A stretch of 64,000 bases of DNA from Desulfovibrio psychrotolerans (GTDB taxonomy: Bacteria > Desulfobacterota > Desulfovibrionia > Desulfovibrionales > Desulfovibrionaceae), in assembly GCF_013340305.1 (NCBI RefSeq), contig NZ_BLVP01000008.1, positions 753,719 through 817,718 of the forward strand, written 5' to 3'. The translations under genes were made by a program, and so were the position numbers. The notes beneath the pieces are model-generated. The model was given only the letters and a program-made list of their open reading frames with translations, was not told the origin of the DNA and did no database searches. Position 1 is the stretch's first letter. Each line of letters begins with the position of its first letter. Shown here piece by piece: positions 1 through 9,324 of the stretch.

Positions 1-426
1 GGGCGTGCGCCCCGTAAAGTTGATGTGGTCGGTTATGACCATTAGGTCGCCTGCGTCCCACTGGGGGTTCAGGCAGCCTGCGGCGTTGGTCACGATAAGC
101 GTCTGCATGCCCAGCTGTGCCATGCAGCGCACGCCCATGCACACATCATCCGGGCCGTATCCTTCATACAGGTGGTTGCGTCCCTGCTGCATGACCACGG
201 GCACTCCGCCCAGCGTGCCGAACAGAAAACGTCCGGCATGTGACTGCACGGTTGAGCGGGGAAATTCCGGGATATCAGCGTAGGGCACTGCGGCGTGCAC
301 CTGCATGGCGTCTGCCAGCCCGCCCAGGCCCGTGCCGAGGATGATGCCCACCTTGGGCTCAGGCAGGCCGGACAGCCTTTCCCGAATGGCCTGCACCGCA
401 TTCTGGACTTTTTTTGGCTTTTGCAT
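1..426 (-). CDS. Purine nucleoside phosphorylase (PunA/PNP-I family), 3' end truncated by the window edge. Start codon is the reverse complement of 424-426.
   Basis: Reverse-strand translation from ATG at 426 gives MQKPKKVQNAVQAIRERLSGLPEPKVGIILGTGLGGLAD...SHAGRFLFGTLGGVPVVMQQGRNHLYEGYG...LIVTNAAGCLN. These are classic PNP-I motifs (GIILGSGLG, SHAGR, GRxHxYEG, VTNAAG). The forward ORFs listed here read as out-of-frame artefacts. Confidence 0.7.
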   Translation of the reverse strand, partial: MQKPKKVQNAVQAIRERLSGLPEPKVGIILGTGLGGLADAMQVHAAVPYADIPEFPRSTVQSHAGRFLFGTLGGVPVVMQQGRNHLYEGYGPDDVCMGVRCMAQLGMQTLIVTNAAGCLNPQWDAGDLMVITDHINFTGRTP

Positions 427-550
427 AACAGTCCCAAATGTATTATTGTTGATGAATCATGCGGGGGGCATGGCAGCAGTAAAGGGACGGCAGCTGCCGT
501 GGAAGTTTCCGCCATCGTCCGCTTTCTGTATGGATGTATAGGCCGAACAT

Positions 551-1306
551 ATGGATATTGCAACACTTTTGGGCATTATCGTCGGTTTTGCTCTCGTCAT
601 CGGCGCTATTTTTATGGGCGGTTCGATAGCGGACTTCATAAACATTCCGGGCGTAATGATTGTTTTCGGGGGCACTGCGGCGGCTATAAGCGTAACCTTT
701 CCGCTGGAAGAGGTGGCGCATGCGTTTGCCGGAGGCATACAGGTGTTCGCCGCCCGCCGCGTAAAGCCGCAGGAAGTTGTGAACACCATGGTGCGCATTG
801 CGGAAATAAGCCGCCGCGAAGGCCTCATGGCCCTTGAAAACATTCAGACTGAAAACGCCCTGCTTAAAAAAGCCTGCCAGTTGATCGCCGACAACGCGGA
901 CCCCGCCCTTATCCGCGATACGGTGATGATCGAGATTGCCACCATGAAACGGCGGCACAACGTGTCCATTGCCGTGTTCAACCGGTTGGGTGCCTTTGCG
1001 CCCGCGTTCGGGATGATAGGTACTCTGATCGGGCTAGTGCAGATGCTGGCACGGCTGGATGACCCGAGTACCATTGGCCCTGCCATGGCTGTGGCACTGC
1101 TGACCACCTTCTACGGAGCCATTCTGGCGAACCTGCTCTTTCTGCCCATTGCGGGCAAGCTCAAGGCGCGAACGTTACAGGAGGAAGTGCACCTGAACAT
1201 CATCTTTGAAGGTGCCAAATCCATTCTGGAGAACAACAACCCGCGGCTGGTGTATGAAAAGCTGAGCTCGTTCATGCCGCCCCAGGAGCGCAAGAGTGCG
1301 AGATGA
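551..1306 (+). CDS. motA: Flagellar motor stator protein MotA/PomA (MotA/TolQ/ExbB proton-channel family)
   Basis: 251 aa with 4 predicted TM segments. Conserved C-terminal channel region (PAFGMIGTLIGLVQML). Immediately followed by, and overlapping, a MotB-like gene. Confidence 0.7.
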   Translation: MDIATLLGIIVGFALVIGAIFMGGSIADFINIPGVMIVFGGTAAAISVTFPLEEVAHAFAGGIQVFAARRVKPQEVVNTMVRIAEISRREGLMALENIQTENALLKKACQLIADNADPALIRDTVMIEIATMKRRHNVSIAVFNRLGAFAPAFGMIGTLIGLVQMLARLDDPSTIGPAMAVALLTTFYGAILANLLFLPIAGKLKARTLQEEVHLNIIFEGAKSILENNNPRLVYEKLSSFMPPQERKSAR

Positions 1307-2030
1307 ACCCCAGAACATGGGTCAGGACTTGGAAGGCGAGGAGCAGACATCCGAATGGCTTATGACCTTTGCCGATCTGGTTACGCTGCTCCTGGTGTTC
1401 TTCATCCTGCTTTTCTCCATGTCCGTCATTGACCAGAAGCGGTTCACGGATTCTTTCCTCACCGTGCGGCAGGTGTTCGGCGGCAAGGACAAGGATCTTC
1501 TGACCACGACGGTCCGGCATGACGATGCCTCCATAATGGACAGCGTGCGGTTGCAGAAGCAGCTCATCGAATCGCAGCGCAAGGTTTTTTCTGATGTGCG
1601 CACCTTCATGAACCAGAAGGGAGTGGAGGGCATCGTGGGTGCCGTGTTCGATGAGGGCATTATCACCCTGCGCGTGCCTTCGGGCGTGATGTTCGGCAAG
1701 GGCGAGGTGGAACTTACCCCGCAGGGGGAGGCCCTGCTCATGAGTCTGCGAGATTTTTTTCTCAAAAATAAGACCCAGACTATCAATATTAAGGGTTACA
1801 CTGACGACACAATGCCGACTACGGGCAGCAGATTTAAAGACAATTGGGAGATTTCTGCCCTGCGCGCAGTGAATACGCTGCGTTTTTTCCTGCGCTCGGG
1901 AATTGAAGCAAACAGGTTGACAGCCACCGGACTTGGTGATTTAGACCCCCTGTTACCCAACACGAGTGAAGAGAACAGAGCCAAGAACCGAAGGGTGGAA
2001 TTTGTTCTGGAACGCAAGGTGGGGAATTAG
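1296..2030 (+). CDS. motB: Flagellar motor protein MotB (OmpA-like C-terminal peptidoglycan-binding domain)
   Basis: N-terminal single TM with MotB plug/TM signature (WLMTFADLVTLLLVFFILLFS). C-terminal OmpA-like domain (NTLRFF...NRAKNRRVEF). Overlaps the motA stop. Confidence 0.7.
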   Translation: MRDEPQNMGQDLEGEEQTSEWLMTFADLVTLLLVFFILLFSMSVIDQKRFTDSFLTVRQVFGGKDKDLLTTTVRHDDASIMDSVRLQKQLIESQRKVFSDVRTFMNQKGVEGIVGAVFDEGIITLRVPSGVMFGKGEVELTPQGEALLMSLRDFFLKNKTQTINIKGYTDDTMPTTGSRFKDNWEISALRAVNTLRFFLRSGIEANRLTATGLGDLDPLLPNTSEENRAKNRRVEFVLERKVGN

Positions 2031-2042
2031 AAAGGGACCAGT

Positions 2043-2423
2043 GTGAACAGTTTCGAGTTTTCCATAGGAGGCGAGGAATCTGCTCGCCGGGCCTTCCGGG
2101 CACAGGTTCCCGGGCTGGAAGTTTGGGTTGCGGAACACGATGCCGCATATTCCGTCAAGGATGTAAGCGCCACGGGACTGGCGGTGCAGACGCAGGGCAA
2201 GCCTTTCAAGGAAGGGCAGAGCGTGCATCTGGACATGATGATCAGCAAGCGCCTGTTTATATCTCAACTGCCTTGCAAGGTGGTGCGCGTGCTGGCCAGC
2301 GGCGTGGTGGCCTTCGACTTTCTGGAGCTGGACCGCAGGCAGGAGGCACGGCTGGACAAGCTGGTGCTGGAAGTGCAGAAGCGGAGCATAGCCAAGAAGC
2401 GTACTGGATTGGAAGAAGACTGA
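2043..2423 (+). CDS. PilZ-domain c-di-GMP-binding protein (possible YcgR-like flagellar brake). Likely GTG start.
   Basis: 126 aa. RxxxR-like motif (RRAFR) followed by D-x-S-x-x-G (DVSATGLAV), typical of PilZ. Located directly after motAB. RBS-like AAAGGGA upstream. Confidence 0.55.
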   Translation: MNSFEFSIGGEESARRAFRAQVPGLEVWVAEHDAAYSVKDVSATGLAVQTQGKPFKEGQSVHLDMMISKRLFISQLPCKVVRVLASGVVAFDFLELDRRQEARLDKLVLEVQKRSIAKKRTGLEED

Positions 2424-2448
2424 AAGCAATAACAATCGAGGGAAATAG

Positions 2449-3867
2449 GTGCATACAAAAGACCATAAGGTGCTGGTGGCGAACAGAGGGGAAATCGCCA
2501 TCCGTATCGTTCAGGCGTGCCTGAAGCTGGGACTGGACTTCGTGTGCGTGCATACGGCGGAGGACGCCGCATCGGGCCATGTTCGCATTGCCCGCGAAAA
2601 AGGCGGCGAAAAAAGCCTGTACCGCGTGTCCTCTTATCAGGACGCCAACGAGCTGCTCGCCGTGGCGGACGATTCCGGCGCAACGGCCATTCATCCCGGC
2701 TACGGGTTTTTTGCGGAAGACTACCGATTCGCGCGGCGCGTGGCGCAGCGCGAAAGGAAACTCATATTCATAGGCCCCTCGTGGCGCGTCATCCGCGAAC
2801 TGGGCGACAAGATAAACACCAAGCGGCTTGCCAGAAGCCTTGGGGTGCCCACGGTGCCCGGTTCGGACAGGCCCATCTATGACGAAATGGAAGCGGAAAA
2901 AGTGGCCCGTCAGCTCTTCGAGTTTCAGGAAGAGCTGGGGGTGGAACGTCCGCTGGTGCTGGTAAAGGCCTCTGCGGGCGGCGGCGGCATGGGCATTGAA
3001 GAGGTGCATGATCCGGATCTCTTTAAATCCGTGTACCGGCGTATCCGCAACTACGCGTTACGCCAGTTCAGCGACGAAGGCGTTCTCATTGAGCAGCGCG
3101 TGATGGATTTCAACCATCTGGAAGTGCAGGTCGTCTCAGACCGTTCCGGGAAAAATCCCGTGCATTTCGGCACCCGAAACTGCTCCATACAGTCCACGGG
3201 ACTCCAGAAACGTCTGGAAATTGCTCCCGGATTCGATCCCTCCTCCATTACCTATACGTTCGACGCACAAAAGGTGCTGGACGACATAACCGAGTACTCG
3301 CTCGCCATGGCGCGCAAGGTGGGCTACGACAACGTGGGCACGTGGGAATGGATTGTCACCCGCGACGGACGCCCCTTCCTCATGGAAGTGAACACGCGCA
3401 TTCAGGTGGAGAACGGTGTTTCTGCCATGATAGCCCGTGTGCACGGGGAAAAGGGTGTGGACCTGATCAAGGAGCAGATCCGCGTGGGGCTTGGGGAACC
3501 GCTGGGGTACGCACAGTCCGACATCACCTTTGAGGGTGTGGGCATAGAGTACCGGCTCATTGCGGAAAACCCGGATAACAAGTTCACCCCGTGGGTGGGG
3601 CGCATAGAAGCGTTCGGCTGGGAGCAGGAAGACTGGTTCCAGATGCACACGCATGTGCCTACGGATATGCCTTACGACATTCCCACCGAGTTCGACCCCA
3701 ACCTCGCGCTTGCTATCATTTGGGGCAAGGATATTGTTCAGGTGAAGGAGCGCGGCGTGGCGTTTCTGGACAGGCTTACCCTGCAGGGGCGCAACAAGGC
3801 TGGCGAGGCGTTGAAGTCCAACGTGAATTTCCTGCGTGACAAGACATCCGTCATCCTGAAATTCTAG
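2449..3867 (+). CDS. accC: Biotin carboxylase (ATP-grasp; AccC-type subunit of an acyl-CoA/pyruvate carboxylase)
   Basis: 472 aa. N-terminal KVLVANRGEIAIRIV. ATP-grasp motifs (HPGYGFFAED, GGGGMGI, EMNTRIQVE-like MEVNTRIQVENGV). Confidence 0.8.
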   Translation: MHTKDHKVLVANRGEIAIRIVQACLKLGLDFVCVHTAEDAASGHVRIAREKGGEKSLYRVSSYQDANELLAVADDSGATAIHPGYGFFAEDYRFARRVAQRERKLIFIGPSWRVIRELGDKINTKRLARSLGVPTVPGSDRPIYDEMEAEKVARQLFEFQEELGVERPLVLVKASAGGGGMGIEEVHDPDLFKSVYRRIRNYALRQFSDEGVLIEQRVMDFNHLEVQVVSDRSGKNPVHFGTRNCSIQSTGLQKRLEIAPGFDPSSITYTFDAQKVLDDITEYSLAMARKVGYDNVGTWEWIVTRDGRPFLMEVNTRIQVENGVSAMIARVHGEKGVDLIKEQIRVGLGEPLGYAQSDITFEGVGIEYRLIAENPDNKFTPWVGRIEAFGWEQEDWFQMHTHVPTDMPYDIPTEFDPNLALAIIWGKDIVQVKERGVAFLDRLTLQGRNKAGEALKSNVNFLRDKTSVILKF

Positions 3868-3956
3868 GACTCGCACGCACCGCGCGGACCGTTGCGTCCG
3901 CCCCGGTGCCATCATGACATCTACCGCCCCGCCATGCGGCGAGGGGGAGTGCCCAT

Positions 3957-6224
3957 ATGGATATTGACAAGAAGATACAGCATCTCACCGAACGTCTTTC
4001 GTACATCAAGGACATTTTCGGTACCAAGCAGGCGGAAAATGTCCGGCTGCTGGAAACCCGCCTTGAGGAGTTTGTCCAGAGGGAGAACGCGCTTCCTGCC
4101 AAGGAAAAGCTGGCTGCCGTAACGACCATAGAGGACCTTTTCGGCTTTGTGGAAAGAAAGCTGGAAACGGAACTCACCCCCATGGACAAGGTGCGCATAG
4201 TGCGCCACTCCCAGCGCATATGCCTGCGCGATATTCTTGAAAACGTGTATGACAACTACACGGAAATAGGCGGCAAGGACGAAAACAGCATTGACCCGAG
4301 CATGCTCATCGCCCGCGCCTACATAACCCGCCGCAGCGGAAAAAAGACCTACCACCAGCCGGTCATGGTCATAGGGCAGGAGAAGGGGCACGGAGAGGAG
4401 TTCCGCAACGGCGGCTCCGTGAAACCGTGGGGCAATGCCAAGGCGCTGCAATACATGAAGGTTGCGGAGACGGAAGACATTCCCGTGCATACCTATGTGT
4501 TCACGCCCGGCTCCTTTCCCGTGGAAGACGCTCCCGGCGCGGCACAGCAGATAGCCAAGAACCTGTATGAAATGGCTGGGCTGCGTGTTCCCATTATCTC
4601 CGTTTTTTCCGAAGGCGGGTCGGGCGGGGCGGAAGCCATAGGGCTTGCGGACATCCGTCTCATGCTCTCGCATGGCTATTACTCCGTGATTTCGCCGGAA
4701 GGTGCTGCAGCCATCGAAGGGCGTTTGCGTTCGGGAGACCGGGCGGGCGGCGAACTCATCGAAAAGTGCGCCATGCAGTTGAAGATGACCTCCGACGACA
4801 ACGTGCGCATGGGCTACATTGACCATGCCATTGATGAGCCGCCGATGGGAGCGCGTCCTTACCATTACGATTTCTTCCGCCGCCTGCGGCAGGAAGTTAT
4901 CCGCGCCACGGACGAAGTGGTGCTGAGCGTAAAGGGGTTCACCCCGTTCCGCGCCATGGCTCTGCGCCGCCGCAGGGGCAAGACCATTGAAGATTTGGAT
5001 ATAGAAAACATTTACGTGCGCTGGAGCCTCAGCCCCGCCGCACGGGCAACCCTGCTTCAGAAGCGGCATAAGAAGTTCCTGCGGCTGTCGCGTCAGGCGT
5101 TTCTGGACCGCAGGCCCTATTTTCGCCGTTTTTCCGCATGGTGGTACGACAAGGGGTGGGATATCTATTCCTACTTCAAGTACGACCTGTGGCGTAAACA
5201 CCAGAAACAGCTCATTTACGCCGTGGAAGAAGTGGACGCGGAAGCCCGCGTTCTTGTGGAAAAGGTGCTGCGTCCCTGGCGCAAGCTGACCAACGCGTTG
5301 CCTACCGCACAGGGCAAGGACGATTCCAAGGAACGCGAGCTGACCATGCTCTCGCAGTGGGATAAGGAAGACGAAGCCCGCAACGGCGAGTGGAGCTATG
5401 TTTCCGGGCGCGCCAAGGAAGACAGGGCCATAACCTGCCCCAATGCCGCCACGCACGGCTGTCTTGACCTGTGGGCACCGGACCTGTTCGGTGAGTTTGC
5501 AGGGGTGTGCAACTACTGCGGACACCATTTCCCCATGGAATACCAGTGGTATCTGCATAACATCTTTGATCCCGGTTCCATATTCGAATTCAACAGCGAG
5601 GTGGAATCCGCAAACCCGCTGGGCTTTGAAGGGCTGGACGTGAAGTTGGAAGAGGCCAAGAAGAAAACCGGTCTCAAGTCCGCCTGCACCACCTTTGAGG
5701 CGCGTATAGACAATGTGAAGGTCGTTGTCGCCATGCTGGTGGCGCCCTTCCGGGGCGGCACAGTTGGGGCGGCAGAAGGCGAAAAGTTCATTCAGGCGGC
5801 GGAGCGGGCCAAGAAAAAGCGGTTTCCCTTCCTCGCCTATGTGCATGGCACTGCGGGCATACGCATTCAGGAAGGCGTGAACGGCGTTATTCAGATGCCG
5901 CGCTGCACCATTGCCGTGCGTCGCTACATAGACGCGGGGGGCCTGTACCTCGTGCTGTACGACACCAACTCCTACGCCGGTCCTTTGGCCAGCTTCCTCG
6001 GCTGCTCGCCGTACCAGTTTGCCATCCGGTCCGCCAACATCGGCTTTGCCGGTCCCGGCGTCATTAAGGAAACCACCGGCATGGACATCCCTCCGGACTA
6101 CCACCGGGCCTACCGCGCGCTTTCCCGTGGGCACATTCAGGGCATATGGGACCGGCGCGATGCGCGGCATAACCTGCGTCAGGCGCTGCTCACCATGGGT
6201 GGGCGCAACCTCTACTACAGGTAA
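3957..6224 (+). CDS. Carboxyltransferase with alpha and beta halves fused in one polypeptide (AccA-like N half, AccD-like C half with Zn ribbon)
   Basis: 755 aa. N half has AccA-like oxyanion region (FSEGGSGGAEAIGLAD). Middle has an AccD-type zinc finger (CPNAATHGCLDLW...CNYCGHHF). C half is AccD-like (GTAGIRIQEG...GFAGPGVI). Confidence 0.75.
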   Translation: MDIDKKIQHLTERLSYIKDIFGTKQAENVRLLETRLEEFVQRENALPAKEKLAAVTTIEDLFGFVERKLETELTPMDKVRIVRHSQRICLRDILENVYDNYTEIGGKDENSIDPSMLIARAYITRRSGKKTYHQPVMVIGQEKGHGEEFRNGGSVKPWGNAKALQYMKVAETEDIPVHTYVFTPGSFPVEDAPGAAQQIAKNLYEMAGLRVPIISVFSEGGSGGAEAIGLADIRLMLSHGYYSVISPEGAAAIEGRLRSGDRAGGELIEKCAMQLKMTSDDNVRMGYIDHAIDEPPMGARPYHYDFFRRLRQEVIRATDEVVLSVKGFTPFRAMALRRRRGKTIEDLDIENIYVRWSLSPAARATLLQKRHKKFLRLSRQAFLDRRPYFRRFSAWWYDKGWDIYSYFKYDLWRKHQKQLIYAVEEVDAEARVLVEKVLRPWRKLTNALPTAQGKDDSKERELTMLSQWDKEDEARNGEWSYVSGRAKEDRAITCPNAATHGCLDLWAPDLFGEFAGVCNYCGHHFPMEYQWYLHNIFDPGSIFEFNSEVESANPLGFEGLDVKLEEAKKKTGLKSACTTFEARIDNVKVVVAMLVAPFRGGTVGAAEGEKFIQAAERAKKKRFPFLAYVHGTAGIRIQEGVNGVIQMPRCTIAVRRYIDAGGLYLVLYDTNSYAGPLASFLGCSPYQFAIRSANIGFAGPGVIKETTGMDIPPDYHRAYRALSRGHIQGIWDRRDARHNLRQALLTMGGRNLYYR

Positions 6225-6235
6225 GGGAGCAAGCC

Positions 6236-6886
6236 ATGCTGGATATTACAAAACTGCTTGAAGAGATAAAGGCCTCTCCCTATGAGGAGGTGGTCATTCA
6301 TGCCCCCCACACCGGTATAGTAAGCTTTGCCGGACTGAAGGAGGGGGACCGCGTTGTCGGCCCCACGGGCATGTGGAAGGAGATTCCCGGAACCCGTCTT
6401 GCCACGCTGGACCGCGAACGGAACAAGAAACCCATCCTCTCTGTGGAAAAAGGCGTAGTCGCCAAGGTGCACTCCGAACTGGAAGGCACCTTTGTGGAGG
6501 CCGGTACGCCGCTGCTGGAACTGCGGCACTATCTTTCCAAGGACGAGGTGCTGGGCATCATCCTGAAGAAGGCCCTGTATTTGTTCAGCGCACCGGAACG
6601 GGCAAAGTACTACTTTGCCCCGGATGCGGACAAAAAGATAAAGGCTTCCGGCCCCAAGGCCGTGACGGTACATGACGGGCAGGAACTGTTCATCATGTCA
6701 CGCATGAAACGCGAGGCCGCTCTCAACTATTCCGGACCGGAAGGCGTGATTTACGCCGTCTACTTTCAGCACAACGAGAACGTGGATGCGGGCGCGCCCC
6801 TCATAGGCGTGTGCCCGCCCGATCAGGTAGGCATGATTGAGGATGTGGTCATCCGCGTGCAGACGGAGTGGGTGGAACAGGATTAA
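6236..6886 (+). CDS. Biotinyl/lipoyl-like hybrid-barrel domain protein (putative carrier-like partner of the carboxylase). The canonical AMKM biotinylation motif is absent.
   Basis: 216 aa. Two segments resemble biotinyl-domain folds (HTGIVSFAGLKEGDRVVG...TPLLEL, and ELFIMSRMKRE...GAPLIGV). Only MSRMKRE is a possible Lys site. Follows the carboxyltransferase with a 12-bp gap. Confidence 0.35.
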   Translation: MLDITKLLEEIKASPYEEVVIHAPHTGIVSFAGLKEGDRVVGPTGMWKEIPGTRLATLDRERNKKPILSVEKGVVAKVHSELEGTFVEAGTPLLELRHYLSKDEVLGIILKKALYLFSAPERAKYYFAPDADKKIKASGPKAVTVHDGQELFIMSRMKREAALNYSGPEGVIYAVYFQHNENVDAGAPLIGVCPPDQVGMIEDVVIRVQTEWVEQD

Positions 6887-6898
6887 CGGAGACAGACC

Positions 6899-7246
6899 AT
6901 GGGCAAGGTGTTGCAGGTCCGGGTATGGGCCACTACCTACAATGACGATGATGTGCTCAGGGAATGGCCCCGGCTGCATAAACTGGCCTGGCCCGTGGAA
7001 AGCCCCGTGTATGTGGCCAAGCAGGGCGTGCTGGAAATGGTGGATACGCTTGTGGATGCCCACCGGTTCGCGGATTGGCCTGAAGATGTCAGGGAACTGA
7101 CCGGAGAAGGCTTGCGCCAGCTTGCGGCAGTGCGTGTGCAACTGGATGCGGCTCTGGCGGACTGGGACCCCAAGGCCGCCAACAGGCTCACAGACCAGAT
7201 TGAAGACCTGCTTACGGGTATTGAAAAAGTTCTCCCCAAGGCGTAA
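6899..7246 (+). CDS. Hypothetical protein
   Basis: 115-aa ORF with a 12-bp gap after the previous gene. Coding-like composition. No recognisable motifs. Confidence 0.4.
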   Translation: MGKVLQVRVWATTYNDDDVLREWPRLHKLAWPVESPVYVAKQGVLEMVDTLVDAHRFADWPEDVRELTGEGLRQLAAVRVQLDAALADWDPKAANRLTDQIEDLLTGIEKVLPKA

Positions 7247-7295
7247 TGATGCATCTCCCCGTGAGGGAGAACCTGTATTCTCAAGGAGCCAAGGC

Positions 7296-7838
7296 ATGCT
7301 GAATAAAGTAATGATCATAGGGCGTCTGGGCGCGGACCCGGAGTTGCGCTATGCGGGAAACGGCACGCCCATTGCCAGCTTTAACGTGGCGACGGACGAA
7401 TCCTATACCGACCGCGAAGGCAACAAGGTGGACCGTGTTGAATGGCACCGCGTGGTTGTTTTTCAGCGGCAGGCAGAGAACTGCGCCAACTATCTGGGCA
7501 AGGGCAGCCTCGTTTACATAGAGGGCAGCCTGCAGACCCGGCAGTGGCAGGACCAGCAGGGGCAGACCCGCTATACCACCGAGATCAAGGCGCAGCGCGT
7601 GCAGTTCCTTGACCGCCGTGGAGAAGGGGCGGGTGCTCAGCAGGCGGCGGGCGGCGGTGAGCGTCGCTCCTTCGCTAATCAGGGTGGCCAATCCGGTGGT
7701 CAATCCGGCGGTCAATCCGGAAAGGGCGGACGTGGCAATCAGCCTGCCTACGCGGATAACGCCGGGCCGGGATATGATGATGACCTCGGTCCCGCCTTTC
7801 CTTCCGAGGCCAGCGGCATGGATGACGTGCCTTTTTAG
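7296..7838 (+). CDS. ssb: Single-stranded DNA-binding protein
   Basis: Start re-assigned to the ATG at 7296 (AAGGAG RBS at 7282-7287), giving 180 aa. OB-fold N-terminus (MLNKVMIIGRLGADPELRYAGNGTPIASFNVAT...WHRVVVF). Gly/Gln-rich linker (GGQSGGQSGGQSGKGG). Acidic C-terminal tip DDVPF. Confidence 0.9.
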   Translation: MLNKVMIIGRLGADPELRYAGNGTPIASFNVATDESYTDREGNKVDRVEWHRVVVFQRQAENCANYLGKGSLVYIEGSLQTRQWQDQQGQTRYTTEIKAQRVQFLDRRGEGAGAQQAAGGGERRSFANQGGQSGGQSGGQSGKGGRGNQPAYADNAGPGYDDDLGPAFPSEASGMDDVPF

Positions 7839-7864
7839 GCACGTTCTGAAAATACTTTCGGTAC

Positions 7865-7900
7865 CCTCCGCAGACGGATACGTTTGCGGAGGTTTTTTTT
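7865..7900 (+). terminator. Rho-independent terminator downstream of ssb
   Basis: CCTCCGCAGACGG-ATACG-TTTGCGGAGG hairpin followed by TTTTTTTT. Confidence 0.75.
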
Positions 7901-8190
7901 AGCGAGCGGGAACACCGCAATACACGGCACAGACTTTTCAGGCTGAGGACGTAAGCCGGTGTTCCCGGCCGTAACCGACCTGCCTGCTTAACCATTGCAG
8001 CAGAATGCAGTGAGGACTTGCTGTATGTAAAAGTGGGCATTGCGGCATGTCTGTGTTGCCGAATTTGCGAAAGTTGTGCACTGTACTCCTGTTGCGACGC
8101 GGAAATGAAACCGAGTGCGGCTACCTTTCCTCAGGCCTTGCCGCCAAGGCCTGATACCGTCATTAACCACACAACGTTATGAGGTTTGCA

Positions 8191-9249
8191 ATGAAAAGAC
8201 TGCTTGTGTTGCTTGCGCTGGCACTGTTTGCCACAACGGGCGTTGCCCATGCCGAGCCTCTGAAGATTCTGACATGGAAGGGATATGCCCCCAAGGAACT
8301 TGTGGATAAGTTCCAGAAGGAAACCGGTATTGCTGTTGAAGTTACCTACTCCAACAACGAAGAGATGATCGCCAAGCTGCGCGCCACGCGCGGTGCGGGG
8401 TTTGACCTTGCCCAGCCCAGTCAGGACCGCATCTCTTCCGTGCAGGCCGAGTTTGGTTTGTATCAGCCCATAGATTTTTCCCGCATCGAAACCGGCCTGT
8501 TCATTCCCTCCATGCTTGAGGCAGTGAAGAAAAACACCCTTGTGGACGGCGCTTCCTATGCTGTTCCCTTCTGCTGGGGCACTTCCGGCCTCATCGTCAA
8601 CAGCGAAAAGGCCCCCGGCGTAGATTCCTGGCAGGCCCTGCTGGACAAGCAATATCTCGGACGCGTGAGCTACCGCCTGAAGCGTCCCATCATCATCGCC
8701 ATGGGTTTTGCCCTTGGCTATGACCCCTTCGCCCTGTACGGCGATACCGCCAAGTATCAGGAAATGCTGGACGTCATTGAAAAGACCCTTATCGAAGCCA
8801 AGCCTATGGTGAAGAACTATTGGGCCAACGGCGATGCCCTGCTGGAATCCATGCGTTCCGGCGAAGTGCATGTGGCCAAGGCGTGGGACAACGGCGGCTG
8901 GAAGCTCCACGCAGAAAATCCCGCCATTGACTTCAAGGCTCCCAAGGAAGGCGCTCTGGGCTGGATAGATACCTTTGCCATTCCTTCCAAGGCAAAGAAT
9001 GTGGACGCAGCTTACAAGTGGATAAACTTCATGCTGCGTCCTGAAAACGCCGGTTACTTCACCACGCAGGAGAATACGCCCACCGCGTCTGCCGGTGGCA
9101 ACGAGTTCGTGGCCGAGTCTGTGCGCGCCAACTTTGAACGCTCCTTCCCGCCTGCGGTTATAGACAACATCAAGTGGTATCCGCCTGTTCCGGTTGAACT
9201 GGAAGCCATGGAAGGCAAGATGCTCGACAAGGTCAAGGCCGCCAAGTAG
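8191..9249 (+). CDS. potD: Spermidine/putrescine ABC transporter periplasmic substrate-binding protein
   Basis: Signal peptide (MKRLLVLLALALFATTGVAHA). PotD/PotF-family length (352 aa) and motifs. First gene of a potD-A-B-C-like operon. Alternative ATG at 8179. Confidence 0.75.
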   Translation: MKRLLVLLALALFATTGVAHAEPLKILTWKGYAPKELVDKFQKETGIAVEVTYSNNEEMIAKLRATRGAGFDLAQPSQDRISSVQAEFGLYQPIDFSRIETGLFIPSMLEAVKKNTLVDGASYAVPFCWGTSGLIVNSEKAPGVDSWQALLDKQYLGRVSYRLKRPIIIAMGFALGYDPFALYGDTAKYQEMLDVIEKTLIEAKPMVKNYWANGDALLESMRSGEVHVAKAWDNGGWKLHAENPAIDFKAPKEGALGWIDTFAIPSKAKNVDAAYKWINFMLRPENAGYFTTQENTPTASAGGNEFVAESVRANFERSFPPAVIDNIKWYPPVPVELEAMEGKMLDKVKAAK

Positions 9250-9324
9250 GCGCGCCATCTCTAACACCCCACGCACGGGGCGGCGCATGCCGCCCCGTGC
9301 TTTTCCTTAACGCCTACGGAAGCC

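Noticed and set aside
430-550. Looked for a sigma-28 (TAAAG-N15-GCCGATAA) or sigma-54 promoter upstream of motA
   Set aside because: A TAAAG is present, but the downstream -10-like element does not match GCCGATAA. TGGCAG lacks a properly spaced TTGC. No confident call.
90-837. Forward and reverse ORFs at the window start (5-283 +, 90-566 -, 295-837 +)
   Set aside because: Cys/Arg/Trp-rich nonsense translations. The real gene here is the minus-strand PNP in a different frame, ending at the ATG (reverse complement) at 426.
3921-6170. 749-aa minus-strand ORF antisense to the carboxyltransferase gene
   Set aside because: Amino-acid composition is Arg/Gly/Ala/Pro/His-rich with no motifs, typical of an antisense open frame in high-GC DNA. 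The plus-strand frame has clear AccA/AccD motifs.
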